A stretch of 64,000 bases of DNA from Archaeoglobaceae archaeon (GCA_038893835.1 JAWAQR010000001.1:1-64000), one strand, 5' to 3'. Counted from the stretch's first letter, positions 1 through 10,212 are shown. A program made the numbers and translations. Notes: generated by a model not told the origin, from the sequence alone.

Positions 1-572
1 TTTTCCGTAATCCTAACAACATCTATTCCATCTCCCGAAGCCGAATCGCGCTTCATGGCGGAGAATACCGCACGAATCGCAAGTTCTACAGCTTCATTAA
101 TATTTAATTCTGGCGAGTATCTATCTTCCAAGACTCCATAAGCTGTCAAACTTCCGCTTCCCGTTGCCACTATGTCCTTCTCTTCAATAGCGCCACCTAT
201 TGGGTCGATTGAAAATATCTTAGCCCCTTCGCTGTCGAGTCCACCGATCAATAACTGGACTATATACGGATAGAAGCGGTAGGAGTTTAGGAGATTCGAT
301 GTCAAGGTTGCAATGGCCCTTACAGAAGGTTTTCTTTCTCTTCTTATCTCATAAAGATTTGCCTCAACCCTTATCAGCCTTGCAAGAAATTGGGCATCTC
401 CAACACTTCCAGCTGTTGTCATTGCAATTCTATCTGCTATCTGGTAGATTTTTTTTGCAGTTCTGCTGGCTATAAAATTACCCATAGTCGCCCTTTTCTC
501 AGTAGCTAGAACTACTCCATCCTTGCAGATTAAACCCACTGTTGTTGTTCCTTTATAGATCTTTCCCTCCAT
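1..572 (-). CDS. psmB: Proteasome beta subunit (3' end runs off the window)
   Basis: Absent from the ORF track. Manual translation from ATG at 572: [31 protein letters not shown]...[12 protein letters not shown]...ATGSGS, a short propeptide followed by the catalytic Thr of the Ntn-hydrolase. Confidence 0.96.
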   Translation of the reverse strand, partial: MEGKIYKGTTTVGLICKDGVVLATEKRATMGNFIASRTAKKIYQIADRIAMTTAGSVGDAQFLARLIRVEANLYEIRRERKPSVRAIATLTSNLLNSYRFYPYIVQLLIGGLDSEGAKIFSIDPIGGAIEEKDIVATGSGSLTAYGVLEDRYSPELNINEAVELAIRAVFSAMKRDSASGDGIDVVRITE

Positions 573-652
573 AGCTCCACCCAAAAAAGCCATTTGGGCA
601 CCAAGATATTTTAGAGAAAAAGGTTTTTTAAAGATTTCGTCGATTTAGAATC

Positions 653-1207
653 ATGATAAAAGAGGCAGTAGAGATTGGAAAATTGCTTTTCAAGGCAAAG
701 CTTATCGATGGGGCGAGTGGAAATATCAGCTTCAGAGATAACGGGATTATAATCATAACAAAATCTGGTGCAAATCTAGATTCGCTTCATTTCTCAGATT
801 TTGTCCCCATAGATGATCCAGCCGCTTCTAGAGATAGATTTGTGCATAAAAAGATATATGAGCTTACAGATTTCAATGCAGTCGTCCATTGTCATGGAGT
901 TTTCAACGTTGTCCTGAGCTTGAGAACGAATTGGATTTATCCGATTGATTTGGAGGGGAAACTGTATTTTGGAAAAATCCCAGTGATTTCTGAGGAATTT
1001 GGAAGCAAAGATTATGCTGAAAAAATAGCGGAGGCTGTGAAAGAATCTGGAGTAGCTATTGCGAGGGGGCATGGGATATACTCTGCAGGGAAAAATCTGA
1101 GGGAAGCTTTTAACAAAGCTTGCTACGTCGAACATTCCTGTGAAGTGATTTATTACCTAGAGCTTCTCAACAAGCTTGAACATCGCATAAGCGGGGAAAA
1201 GTTTTGA
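653..1207 (+). CDS. Class II aldolase/adducin family protein (fuculose-1-phosphate aldolase-like)
   Basis: SGNIS, ITKSG, HKKIY, VVHCH and GHG metal-binding motifs. Confidence 0.85.
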   Translation: MIKEAVEIGKLLFKAKLIDGASGNISFRDNGIIIITKSGANLDSLHFSDFVPIDDPAASRDRFVHKKIYELTDFNAVVHCHGVFNVVLSLRTNWIYPIDLEGKLYFGKIPVISEEFGSKDYAEKIAEAVKESGVAIARGHGIYSAGKNLREAFNKACYVEHSCEVIYYLELLNKLEHRISGEKF

Positions 1208-2089
1208 GGCATCCCCATAAATTTTAGATAGTCTCACACATTCATAGCTACTTTCCACAAGGAATTCCCCAATACCACAGGCTAATACTGTCTTTAGATT
1301 ATACTCTCTAACCTTTTTCCCTATTTCTCTCGAAAGTACTTTTATCATCGCTTTTTTTGCTTTAAAAGCAAGTTCTTTAACCCTTTTTTCTCCAAGCTCT
1401 TCGAGGTCGCAGCAAACTGTTCTTGAAAGTCTCCTCATGCAGCTTTCAATGCTTTTATCCTTGCCATCTGGAGTATCGCAGCTGTATTCAGCTTCGCTTA
1501 TATCACCTGTCACCCTGAAAACGTCTGCTGTTATTGCAAAGAACTCCGGACAAAGCCTTGCCCCTTCAAAGCTTTTAAGAATGTAAAAAACTGGTGTTCT
1601 GAGAACACCAAAATATATCAACTCTTTTCTTTTCAGTCTTTCAAAATCGGTCAGGGCTGAGAGTATTCTGTCTTTCACCGGAATTAGATCCACTGTCGTG
1701 GAGCCAACGTCTACAAATAGGAAGTCTTTATAACCCTCTGAAAGTAAAAAGGAGATAGATGCAACCCAATTGCTCGCAGCAAATGCTCTAGGATCATTTA
1801 TTTCCTTACTCATATTCCCATGAATGTCTAGAAAGTATGTTTCTTTGAAAACTTCTTTGCAAATGCCTGTAATATACCTTATTCCCTCTACCTTATTCTT
1901 AAAAACATCCGAAAGTTCTGCAGTGATAACAATTCCAGCTCTTTCAGCCCCAGTTTCTCTAACAATCTCTTCAAGTTTTTCTTTTAACTTTGAAGCCATT
2001 TTCCAAATTGGAAAATAAATTATATCAAATCTTTTCTCTCCTGCAATTTTTAAATTCGCCCCTCCAATGTCAATCCCCAAAGAATTCAT
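1157..2089 (-). CDS. Hydantoinase/oxoprolinase-like H4MPT-linked C1 pathway protein (MfnF-like, methanofuran synthesis)
   Basis: GIDIGGANLK, TAELSDVF, ASNW, DVGSTTVD, LRTPV, TPDG motifs. Start moved to ATG 2089, which overlaps the upstream gene's end. Confidence 0.8.
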   Translation of the reverse strand: MNSLGIDIGGANLKIAGEKRFDIIYFPIWKMASKLKEKLEEIVRETGAERAGIVITAELSDVFKNKVEGIRYITGICKEVFKETYFLDIHGNMSKEINDPRAFAASNWVASISFLLSEGYKDFLFVDVGSTTVDLIPVKDRILSALTDFERLKRKELIYFGVLRTPVFYILKSFEGARLCPEFFAITADVFRVTGDISEAEYSCDTPDGKDKSIESCMRRLSRTVCCDLEELGEKRVKELAFKAKKAMIKVLSREIGKKVREYNLKTVLACGIGEFLVESSYECVRLSKIYGDASKLFPAYAMFKLVEKL

Positions 2090-2834
2090 CCAGCTTCCCC
2101 TCGCCAAAGTAAAAGGCCTGATTATCTTCTCCAATTGGATACATTTTCACAGCGGTTCTGTGTGGAGGATAAAAATGGCCTAGATGAGATAGAACGATCT
2201 TCTTTGCCCTTATCTTTTCCCCAAGGTTTAAAGCTTCTTTCGCATTCATGTGTTTCTTGAACTTCCCACTTGGGGCTATTGCATTCGCGATCAATAGATC
2301 TGCATTTTCCATTTCAGCCAAGCTCCTTTCTTCAATCTCCGAATTCGTATCCCCAGTTATCACGATCTTAAAGCCTCTCCACTCAATCTTAACACCAACT
2401 GCATCTACTGGAGGATGGTTTACGGGGAAGAGGGTGAATTCAACGTCATCGATCGAAAACTTTTGAAACACCTCCACATCTCTTTGCCTGTATTCCAAAA
2501 ATTGCATGAATTTTCCGATACTTTCATGAATTGCTGGAGTTGTGTAAACGTCAATTCTACCTTGCACTCTGTAAAATTCTCCAAACCCGCTGAAGTGGTC
2601 AAAGTGGGAGTGTGTCCAGATTACAGCATCAACTTTTTCCACTCCATTATCGAGAAGCTGTCTACGAAGGTCTGGGGATGTGTCTATGAGGACAACTTTT
2701 TCTCCATTCTTAACTAAAATGGAGAATCTTCTTCTTTCCCATCCCCTTTTCCTAGCATCTTCACAAGTCTTGCAGTGACAGTTTAAAATCGGTGTTCCAG
2801 GAGAGTCGCCAGTTCCAAGCAGTTTAATCATCAT
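2070..2834 (-). CDS. MBL-fold metallo-hydrolase, PhnP-like
   Basis: LGTGDSPGTP, CxCxxC, IDTSPD, THSHFDH, GDT, LSHLGH. Confidence 0.88.
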   Translation of the reverse strand: MMIKLLGTGDSPGTPILNCHCKTCEDARKRGWERRRFSILVKNGEKVVLIDTSPDLRRQLLDNGVEKVDAVIWTHSHFDHFSGFGEFYRVQGRIDVYTTPAIHESIGKFMQFLEYRQRDVEVFQKFSIDDVEFTLFPVNHPPVDAVGVKIEWRGFKIVITGDTNSEIEERSLAEMENADLLIANAIAPSGKFKKHMNAKEALNLGEKIRAKKIVLSHLGHFYPPHRTAVKMYPIGEDNQAFYFGEGKLDEFFGD

Positions 2835-4050
2835 ACTTCATTTTAAATCTTTTCTTCACTTCCTCAATCGCCATCAGCAGATCTCTTTGATATATTTTTT
2901 TCCTTCCTTCAAGAAGGGCTTTTAGAACCGCTTCCCTAACAACCAACTTTATATCTGCCCCCGTAAAACCCTTCGTCTCTCTGACCAATTCATCCAACTC
3001 GAATTCTCCATCGATTTTTTGAAGGAATATTTCGAATATTCTTTTTCTCATCCTATCCTCAGGCTCTGGAAATTCGAGAACTTTATCAAATCTTCGCCAA
3101 ACAGCTGGATCGAGAATTGAGGGATGATTTGTTGCTGCGATTAAAAGAACTCTGTCGTTGACGAGGTTTATGTCATCTATTGATTTCAGTAGCGTATTTA
3201 CAGCCCTTTTGATAGCAGCATGTTCATCGCTCGTTCTCATCTTTGCAACGTAATCGAATTCATCGATGAAAAGTATGCAAGGACTCATCCTTTTTGCAAG
3301 TTCAAAGATTTTTTCAATGTTTTTAGATGTCTCCCCCAAGTATTGACTTGTTACCATTGAAAGTCTAACCTCGAGTAAAGGAAGATGAAATCTCTTTGAA
3401 AGGGCCCTTGCAGTGGTCGTTTTTCCAGTCCCTGGGGGTCCGATGAAGAGAAGTTTTCCTATGTCTGTTAACCCTATCTTCCTTAGGTATTCCGTTTCTC
3501 TCAAAGCGACCTCTATTTTCCTTATCTCCTCAATCTGCTCATCGCTGAGAACTATGGAATCGAAGTCAACGTTTATGTCTTCAGGTGAAAAAATTCTCAC
3601 TAAGCTGAGCATCTCTTTTATATCCTCATTCTTTTCCAGCTCTGAAATAGTTTGCATCAACCATTCCCTATCTCCATGAACGGGCGGATTATTTTTTCTT
3701 GCAAGTTCATAGGAAACGTCTAGGGAATCAAAGTTCTCGTAGTAATATGCAAGCACGGGATTCTTTCTAATCAATTCTAAGCCCTTTGACGCAAACCATC
3801 TGATCGCAAGATCAAAAGAGGTCAACCTGAACTGCTTTGTGAGAGGATTGTATTCAACAAATGGAAGATCGCTTGTTTTTCCAGCGTATTTTATCGCTAC
3901 ATCCTCTTTAATCACCAGTGGTCTTTTTAGACTCCCCCTACTGTATAGGACTTTTCTAATCTCCCTTGGAATATCGTTTTCAGTCAGACTCTCAAATCTA
4001 TTGAATATTTCAGCGGTTAACAGAAGTTCGACAAGCTTGACACCCTCCAT
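2824..4050 (-). CDS. AAA+ ATPase with uncharacterised N-terminal domain
   Basis: Walker A GPPGTGKT, Walker B LFIDE, AATN...LDPAVWRRFD second region of homology. Start moved to ATG 4050 so that it does not overlap the divergent artA. Confidence 0.88.
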   Translation of the reverse strand: MEGVKLVELLLTAEIFNRFESLTENDIPREIRKVLYSRGSLKRPLVIKEDVAIKYAGKTSDLPFVEYNPLTKQFRLTSFDLAIRWFASKGLELIRKNPVLAYYYENFDSLDVSYELARKNNPPVHGDREWLMQTISELEKNEDIKEMLSLVRIFSPEDINVDFDSIVLSDEQIEEIRKIEVALRETEYLRKIGLTDIGKLLFIGPPGTGKTTTARALSKRFHLPLLEVRLSMVTSQYLGETSKNIEKIFELAKRMSPCILFIDEFDYVAKMRTSDEHAAIKRAVNTLLKSIDDINLVNDRVLLIAATNHPSILDPAVWRRFDKVLEFPEPEDRMRKRIFEIFLQKIDGEFELDELVRETKGFTGADIKLVVREAVLKALLEGRKKIYQRDLLMAIEEVKKRFKMKYDD

Positions 4051-4129
4051 CTCAATCCTAAGTAGTTGCTTACTTAGATTTTTAAAATTTTTGGCAAGGT
4101 TTAAAAATCGATTCCCATAATTGTCTGCA

Positions 4130-4882
4130 ATGTTACCGGAGTTTATAGCCTTAATAGCTCTGGTATTCATGGTTCTTTATGTTTTAACGAAGAACAAGTT
4201 TTTTGGTGCGTTTTGTTGGTTTATCTTTGCAATTGCATCATTTTTAAAAGGTTTGGAATTTGTAAATTTGGATAACTTCAATGCAGCACTTTTCATACTA
4301 GCTAGTATTTTTTTCATTCTCTTGGGAAAAGCGGCCTATTCATTGAATTCCAGGACGTTAATCGAGGTGACCTCTTTTTCAGCATTTGCGTGTGCGATGT
4401 ATCTTCCATTTGTCTTCTTCGAACCCTTAAATGCTGCAATAATAGAAAAGACGGCAAATTTAACATCAAGACTTGGCAACTTGCTAGGTTTTCCTGTAAC
4501 TTCGAATGGGAAAATTTTGGAGCTTGGAGAAAGTTATGTTGAGATAATACTACCATGCACAGCAATTGAGAGCATATCTCTTTTCACAGGAGCAACACTT
4601 GGGATAAAGGCAGACTTCTCAAGAAAGCTGAAGGCTTTTCTGATTTCTGTCCCGATCATATATTTCCTGAACCTTCTCAGAAATCTTTTCGTCCTGTTAA
4701 GCTACACCTATTCCTGGTTTGGAGAAGAGAGCTTTTACATAGCCCATCATGTGATCTCGAAGATTCTTGCCATGATCGCTTTGCTGCTGATATCTTATGC
4801 AGTCTTTCGCATACTCCCTGAACTTGCAGAACTCATTTATTCTCTGAAAAGCGAAATAATGAGAGGTGTCAAAATTGATTGA
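4130..4882 (+). CDS. artA: Archaeosortase A
   Basis: Multi-TM protein with catalytic CTAIES and NLLRN, plus the SFYIAHH motif. Confidence 0.9.
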   Translation: MLPEFIALIALVFMVLYVLTKNKFFGAFCWFIFAIASFLKGLEFVNLDNFNAALFILASIFFILLGKAAYSLNSRTLIEVTSFSAFACAMYLPFVFFEPLNAAIIEKTANLTSRLGNLLGFPVTSNGKILELGESYVEIILPCTAIESISLFTGATLGIKADFSRKLKAFLISVPIIYFLNLLRNLFVLLSYTYSWFGEESFYIAHHVISKILAMIALLLISYAVFRILPELAELIYSLKSEIMRGVKID

Positions 4883-5453
4883 GAAAAGCGCTATAAAGCT
4901 GTTAGTAATCCTCTTTGCAATTTCAATTCTAGCAGCTTTTATTTACTTTCCTCTTTCAATTCCCATTTTCCTATTTTCAATTTTTACAGCCTATTTCTTT
5001 CGAGATCCGGAAAGGAAGATTGGAGAAGGAGTCGTTTCACCTGCAGATGGTAAAATAGACTACATCGATAGCAATCGAATAGAGATTTTTATGTCACCTT
5101 TCGATTGCCATGTAAACAGATCTCCTGTAAGCGGGAAGGTTATAAGTATCGTTTTTCGCGAAGGTAAATTGATTCCAGCTTATAAGAGGGGGAAGAGTGT
5201 GAGAATGAACGAGATCTCCATTCAGGCTTTGGATGGGATTTATAAGGTTACGCAGATTGCAGGGATCTTTGCTAGGAGAATTGTTTGCTATGTTAGAGAG
5301 GGAGATGAAGTAAAAAAGGGGCAGAAAATTGGATTGATCAGATTTGGTTCCAGAGTCATTCTTGAATTACCAGGAGGATACAGGTTCGTTAAAAAAGTTG
5401 GAGAAAAAGTAAAAGCCGGTGAAACAGTGGCGATGAGGGATGAGAATCTTTAA
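4866..5453 (+). CDS. pssD: Archaetidylserine (phosphatidylserine) decarboxylase proenzyme
   Basis: FFRDPER, SPADG, FMSPFDCHVNRSP, and the FGS self-cleavage site. Confidence 0.92.
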   Translation: MSKLIEKSAIKLLVILFAISILAAFIYFPLSIPIFLFSIFTAYFFRDPERKIGEGVVSPADGKIDYIDSNRIEIFMSPFDCHVNRSPVSGKVISIVFREGKLIPAYKRGKSVRMNEISIQALDGIYKVTQIAGIFARRIVCYVREGDEVKKGQKIGLIRFGSRVILELPGGYRFVKKVGEKVKAGETVAMRDENL

Positions 5454-6075
5454 AGAAGTTAGTCTAGCAGATTCTTTTAGTGTTTTGAACGCTTTGCTTG
5501 GTTTTTCAGCCATAATTTGTGCTGTGAAAGATCTAGAAAGAAGTTTTACTTTTTTCTACTTTTCCCTGATTGCAGATGGACTCGATGGATGGATTGCTTC
5601 TAAGACTGAGAAAGGTAAGCTTGGAAAGGAATTGGATTCGCTTGCTGATGCTATATCCTTTTCCCTATATCCTGCATTCATCGTTTTTCTAAAAGATCCG
5701 AATCTCTTCGCTTTCTCATCTCTTCTACTGGCCTTTTCAATTCTTAGACTTGCGAGGTTCAATGTTCTGAGTTTGAGAGATTTTCTCGGGATTCCAACTT
5801 CTATAAGTGCCATACTCGTGACTTCACTTGTCAGAATAAATGCGAGCTCTGAAATCATAGCAATTTTGATCATAATTTTTTCCATTTTGATGATCAGCGA
5901 CATAAATTATAGAAGGGTTCAAGGTATAAAGCTAGTCCCTCTTGGCATTCTCACCTTGCTTGCCATTCCATTCTTGGAAGTCTGTTACATCCTAATTGTT
6001 CTCTCCCTCATTTATGCCATTCATCCAGGTGTGTTTCTATGCGGAAGGTTGTTGCAGCATTTGAGGCGGGAATAA
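5440..6075 (+). CDS. pssA: Archaetidylserine synthase (CDP-alcohol phosphatidyltransferase)
   Basis: DGLDGxxA...GKELDSLADAISF, LRLARFN, FLGIP; adjacent to pssD. Confidence 0.88.
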   Translation: MRIFKEVSLADSFSVLNALLGFSAIICAVKDLERSFTFFYFSLIADGLDGWIASKTEKGKLGKELDSLADAISFSLYPAFIVFLKDPNLFAFSSLLLAFSILRLARFNVLSLRDFLGIPTSISAILVTSLVRINASSEIIAILIIIFSILMISDINYRRVQGIKLVPLGILTLLAIPFLEVCYILIVLSLIYAIHPGVFLCGRLLQHLRRE

Positions 6076-6365
6076 AGCTTGGAGCATTATTTCATCAGTT
6101 CATAGGAGCTCCTGTTTCGGAAAAAAATGCAGAAATACTTGAGAAAGCTATGGAAAGTTGTCTAAGACTCCAGCCTTATGTTGTAGAAGCTGAGGTGAAG
6201 ATCGATAGGAAAAAATTGAAAAGTTCAGCCTTTGGTTACACTTCTCTCTCTCCAGAAGTCTTGAAGGCTAGGGTGGTTGTAGAATTTGAGGGTGAAAGAG
6301 TTGAGGCTGTCTTGGAGTGGAATGAAGATTTGAAATATCCGCTTATGAAGCTCACTCGCCTATGA
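6039..6365 (+). CDS. mptD: Archaeal dihydroneopterin aldolase (DUF381/MptD)
   Basis: FEAGIKLGALFHQFIGAPV, LQPYV, GYTSL, YPLM. Confidence 0.85.
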   Translation: MRKVVAAFEAGIKLGALFHQFIGAPVSEKNAEILEKAMESCLRLQPYVVEAEVKIDRKKLKSSAFGYTSLSPEVLKARVVVEFEGERVEAVLEWNEDLKYPLMKLTRL

Positions 6366-6425
6366 GCCTCAGTAGACTCCGCAACTTTTAAATTTCGCAA
6401 AAGCTTAGCGTAAAAAGGTGCGAGT

Positions 6426-6881
6426 ATGGCTAGAATGCACAAAAGCAGGAAAGGTAAGTCGGGATCTAAGAAAGTTTACAGGGATTCTCCTCCTGAATGG
6501 GTTGAAATGAGTGCTGAAGAAGTTGAAAGAAAGGTAGTGGAGCTTTACAATGAAGGATATGAGCCATCGCAGATTGGGATGATATTGAGGGATAGATATG
6601 GCATCCCTTCGGTGAAACAAGTTACGGGGAAAAAGCTGATGGATATACTTAGAGAGAATGGAATAAGGCCAAAGTATCCCGAAGATTTGAAGGCATTGAT
6701 AAAGAAAGCCCTAAGACTCCGAGAACACTTGGAATCTCATAAGAAAGATCTCCACAATCTCAGAGGTTTGCAGCTGATAGAGGCAAAGATATGGAGACTT
6801 TCTAATTATTACAAGGAAAAGGGTTATCTTCCAGCCGACTGGAGTTATGACCCAGAAAAGCTGAGAGTTGAGATATCCTGA
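6426..6881 (+). CDS. rps15: 30S ribosomal protein S15 (uS15)
   Basis: MARMH...GKSGS, IGMILRDRYGIP, PEDL, RGLQLIEAKI. Confidence 0.97.
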   Translation: MARMHKSRKGKSGSKKVYRDSPPEWVEMSAEEVERKVVELYNEGYEPSQIGMILRDRYGIPSVKQVTGKKLMDILRENGIRPKYPEDLKALIKKALRLREHLESHKKDLHNLRGLQLIEAKIWRLSNYYKEKGYLPADWSYDPEKLRVEIS

Positions 6882-8137
6882 TGATTATGTTATCCCGCAG
6901 AAATGGAATTCTTTTTTTAGAAGATGTTTCCGTTCTACATTTAGCTGAAAGATTTGGAACTCCTCTTTACGCAACTTCAAAGGCGCAGCTGGAAAAAAAC
7001 ATTCTTGCATACAAGGAAGCATTTCCAGATTCAGAAATTCTCTACGCTGTGAAAGCGAACAACAATCTTGCAATAATGAAATTGATAGCAAATCACGGTT
7101 TTGGGGCTGATGTTTTCAGCGCTGGAGAGTTATACATGGCTTTGTTGGCTGGTTTTAAAAGAGATAAAATTCTATTCAATGGAAATTCGAAGAGCGATGA
7201 AGAAATAGAAATGGGTATCTCCGCTGGAATTAAGTTCAGTGTAGATAGCATAGATGAGCTCAAAACGATTGACGAAATTGCAAAAAAAATGGGGGAAGAA
7301 GTTGAGATAGCTTTTCGCATAAATCCAGACATAGATCCTAAAACTCATCCAAAAATAGCGACTGGACTAAGGGAATCGAAGTTCGGAATTCCGATTGAAG
7401 AAGCTCTAGAAGTTTACTCCCTCTCCCTAAATCTTGACAATGTGAAACCGATTGGTATTCATTTCCACATTGGAAGTCAGATTTTAGAAGTTTCTCCATT
7501 TGTTGATGCGCTAAGGAAAATTGGGGATCTTGCCGTGAAACTTGAAGAAATTGGAATAAAAATCGAGTTCATAGACATGGGCGGGGGACTTGGGATAGAT
7601 TACGAAGGTAAAGGTGCACCAAGTCCAAAGGATATGGCAAATGCAGTTCTTCCTGTTTTTGAGGAGATAAAAGAGAATCTGTCTTCAAAGCCAAAGCTGT
7701 GGCTTGAACCTGGGAGAAGCATAGTTGGAAATACGACCATTTTGCTGACTAGAGTTAATGCGGTTAAAAGAGGTTATAAGAACTTCGTAGCAGTAGATGC
7801 GGGATTCAACATTCTGATCAGACCAGCGATGTATGGTTCCTATCATAGAATCCTTGTAGCAGATAAGGAAGGAGAAGAGGAACTTTACACGATTGTTGGA
7901 CCAATATGCGAAAGTGGAGACATTCTTGCCAAAGATAGAAAGCTTCCGAGGATAAAAAAAGGCGATTTGCTCGTCATTCTAGACACAGGTGCTTATGGCT
8001 TTGTTATGAGTAGCCAGTATAATGGGAGACCAAGATGCGCAGAAGTCCTCGTTAGCGGGGAAAGAGTTGCACTTATAAGGGAGAGAGAAACTCTAGGGGA
8101 TTTGATAGCGAAGCAAAGAATACCTGAGTGGATCTAA
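6881..8137 (+). CDS. lysA: Diaminopimelate decarboxylase
   Basis: YAVKAN (PLP Lys), HFHIGSQ, GGGLG, EPGR, GPICESGD. Confidence 0.96.
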   Translation: MIMLSRRNGILFLEDVSVLHLAERFGTPLYATSKAQLEKNILAYKEAFPDSEILYAVKANNNLAIMKLIANHGFGADVFSAGELYMALLAGFKRDKILFNGNSKSDEEIEMGISAGIKFSVDSIDELKTIDEIAKKMGEEVEIAFRINPDIDPKTHPKIATGLRESKFGIPIEEALEVYSLSLNLDNVKPIGIHFHIGSQILEVSPFVDALRKIGDLAVKLEEIGIKIEFIDMGGGLGIDYEGKGAPSPKDMANAVLPVFEEIKENLSSKPKLWLEPGRSIVGNTTILLTRVNAVKRGYKNFVAVDAGFNILIRPAMYGSYHRILVADKEGEEELYTIVGPICESGDILAKDRKLPRIKKGDLLVILDTGAYGFVMSSQYNGRPRCAEVLVSGERVALIRERETLGDLIAKQRIPEWI

Positions 8138-8172
8138 TTTGCTTTTAATCGATAAAAAATTATTAACTCGAC

Positions 8173-10212
8173 ATGACTTTTTCCATGCTTTGTCAGAGTT
8201 GCAGTGGGAAAGGAGTTATAGAAATAGAGAAAACTTGCGAAACCTGCGGAGGGACTGGGAAGACTAGGAGCTTTAACCCAAAAATTGTAAACTTAAGCGA
8301 GGAGCAGATAAAGCTGTTCATGAAAGGCATATGCGGGGTTTGCAATGGAAAAGGGAAGTTGAAGATAGTCGAAATTTGCAGAAACTGCAACGGAAGTGGA
8401 AGAGTGAAAAGATGTCAGATTTGTGGAAGAGAAACAGATCAGGAGATTTGTGTTGAATGCAGGAAAAAGCCGCACGTTTTTAAGCTGAGAAATAGTTGCG
8501 GACTTGAAGAACTTAGAATAGGAAGGCTTTACCTTGGAAGAGTTTCCTCAATTACAGACATAGGAGCTTTTGTTAATTTAAATAAAAGGCTTAGAGGGTT
8601 GATAAAGAGGGCACAAAATCTTAATGAAGGCGATGAGATCGTTGTGAGAGTTACGAATATAGGCATAAATGGAGAAATCGATCTAACCCCCGTTGAGATG
8701 GAGAACTATTCTATTGTGGAAGTTTCAAAGGATATAGAGGCAATTTCAATAGCATCTCTACCAAAACTTTTGGGCAAGACTGTTAAAGTTCGTGGATTAG
8801 TTACGCATTTGAAAGAGACGGCAATAGCGAAAGTTATAACCCTGATGGATGGAACTGGAAGTATAAATTGCACGATCTTTGACGATGTTGATGTTGAAGT
8901 GGATGATGTTGTAGAGATAATTGGAACGCTCAGAAGAAATGGAATCGATGCACTCGAAGTTGAGAGACTGCTTGGACAGGAAGCTTATGAAATAAGGAAG
9001 AGAATTGAAGCTGAAATAGAAAGGGTTTGCGAACCGGAGTTTAAAGGTTTCTTGATAGAGAGCGAAGTTCTGGAAAAGTTGAAGGAAGAAATGATGGCTG
9101 TTGCTAAAGAGTTAAAAAGGGCAATCTACAAATCCCGCCCAGTAATAATAAGGCATCATTGGGATGCGGATGGTACTTGTGGTGGTGTAGCTCTTGAAAT
9201 AGCCCTTCAGAGCCTTGTGAAAAAAGTGCACAAAGACAAAGAGGCTAAATATTATTTGGTCAAAAGGAAAGTGTCTCGGGCGCCTTTTTATGAACTGGAA
9301 GACTTAGTCAGGGATTTGGATGAAAGCTTAGAAGATGCAGAAAGGTATGGAGACAAGATCCCTCTAGTCGTTTTAGTTGACAATGGTTCAGGAAAAGAGG
9401 ATTTGCCTGCAGTAAAGCAATTTCTCCTCTTTGGCGCCGATGTAATAACAATAGATCACCACTATCCTGATGAAGAAGTTGATAAGTTTTTACTTTATCA
9501 TGTGAATCCCTATAAAGTTGGAGGAGACAGCAGCATTACTTCTGGCATTTTATGCGTAGAAATAGCTAGAATGATATGTGATTTAGACCTAAAACACCTA
9601 GCAGCAATCTCAGTTGTCGGAGACAGATCACAGGGTGTTGTGGAGAAATATATAGAGCTCAGTGGAATTAGCAAAGAGGAGTTGAAAGACATGGCCCTTG
9701 CAATCGAATATGAGGGTTTCTACCTTCGCTTTAAATCTGCAAGCACGATAGTGCATGAGATTCTTGGATTTGGCAGGAAGGATAGGCAGAAGAAATTAAT
9801 AGAGCTTCTTTCTGGTTATGCAAAGAAGGCAATAGAGGAGCAATTGAAGGTTGGAATGGAAAGTGTCAAGGTGCAAATTCTGCCAAATGGTGTTGCTCTC
9901 GCAGCTTTTGACGTTGAAAACTTTTCTAGGAAATTTGAATTTCCTCCACCTGGAAAGCTGACCGGTGAAATCCATGATAGGCTGAAGGAAAAGTATACAA
10001 GAATAGTAACAATCGGCTTTGGTCCTGATTTTGCAATTATAAGAAGTGAGGGGGTAAATCTGGATATACCAAGGATAGTTGAAGAGTTGAGGAATGAAGT
10101 CAACGCCTGCGTAGATGGGGGAGGGCATTTGGTAGTTGGATCCATAAAATTCGTTCAGGGAAAAAAGAAAGAAGTTCTGTCAAAGCTAGCGGGAAAAATA
10201 AGTGAACTATGA
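8173..10212 (+). CDS. RecJ-like DHH nuclease with DnaJ-type Zn finger, S1 and OB domains (HAN family)
   Basis: Four CxxCxGxG repeats, an S1-like segment, RHHWDADG, DNGSG, DHH, GGGH. Confidence 0.88.
   Translation: MTFSMLCQSCSGKGVIEIEKTCETCGGTGKTRSFNPKIVNLSEEQIKLFMKGICGVCNGKGKLKIVEICRNCNGSGRVKRCQICGRETDQEICVECRKKPHVFKLRNSCGLEELRIGRLYLGRVSSITDIGAFVNLNKRLRGLIKRAQNLNEGDEIVVRVTNIGINGEIDLTPVEMENYSIVEVSKDIEAISIASLPKLLGKTVKVRGLVTHLKETAIAKVITLMDGTGSINCTIFDDVDVEVDDVVEIIGTLRRNGIDALEVERLLGQEAYEIRKRIEAEIERVCEPEFKGFLIESEVLEKLKEEMMAVAKELKRAIYKSRPVIIRHHWDADGTCGGVALEIALQSLVKKVHKDKEAKYYLVKRKVSRAPFYELEDLVRDLDESLEDAERYGDKIPLVVLVDNGSGKEDLPAVKQFLLFGADVITIDHHYPDEEVDKFLLYHVNPYKVGGDSSITSGILCVEIARMICDLDLKHLAAISVVGDRSQGVVEKYIELSGISKEELKDMALAIEYEGFYLRFKSASTIVHEILGFGRKDRQKKLIELLSGYAKKAIEEQLKVGMESVKVQILPNGVALAAFDVENFSRKFEFPPPGKLTGEIHDRLKEKYTRIVTIGFGPDFAIIRSEGVNLDIPRIVEELRNEVNACVDGGGHLVVGSIKFVQGKKKEVLSKLAGKISEL

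Noticed and set aside
2824-2850. AAA ATPase as a proteasome activator (near psmB, tail MKYDD)
   Set aside because: HbYX needs a penultimate Tyr; here it is third from the end, and there is no PAN-type coiled-coil/OB domain.
4051-4170. Head-to-head overlap of the AAA ATPase and artA
   Set aside because: Artefact of longest-ORF starts; ATG 4050 and ATG 4130 leave a normal gap with two TATA-like elements.
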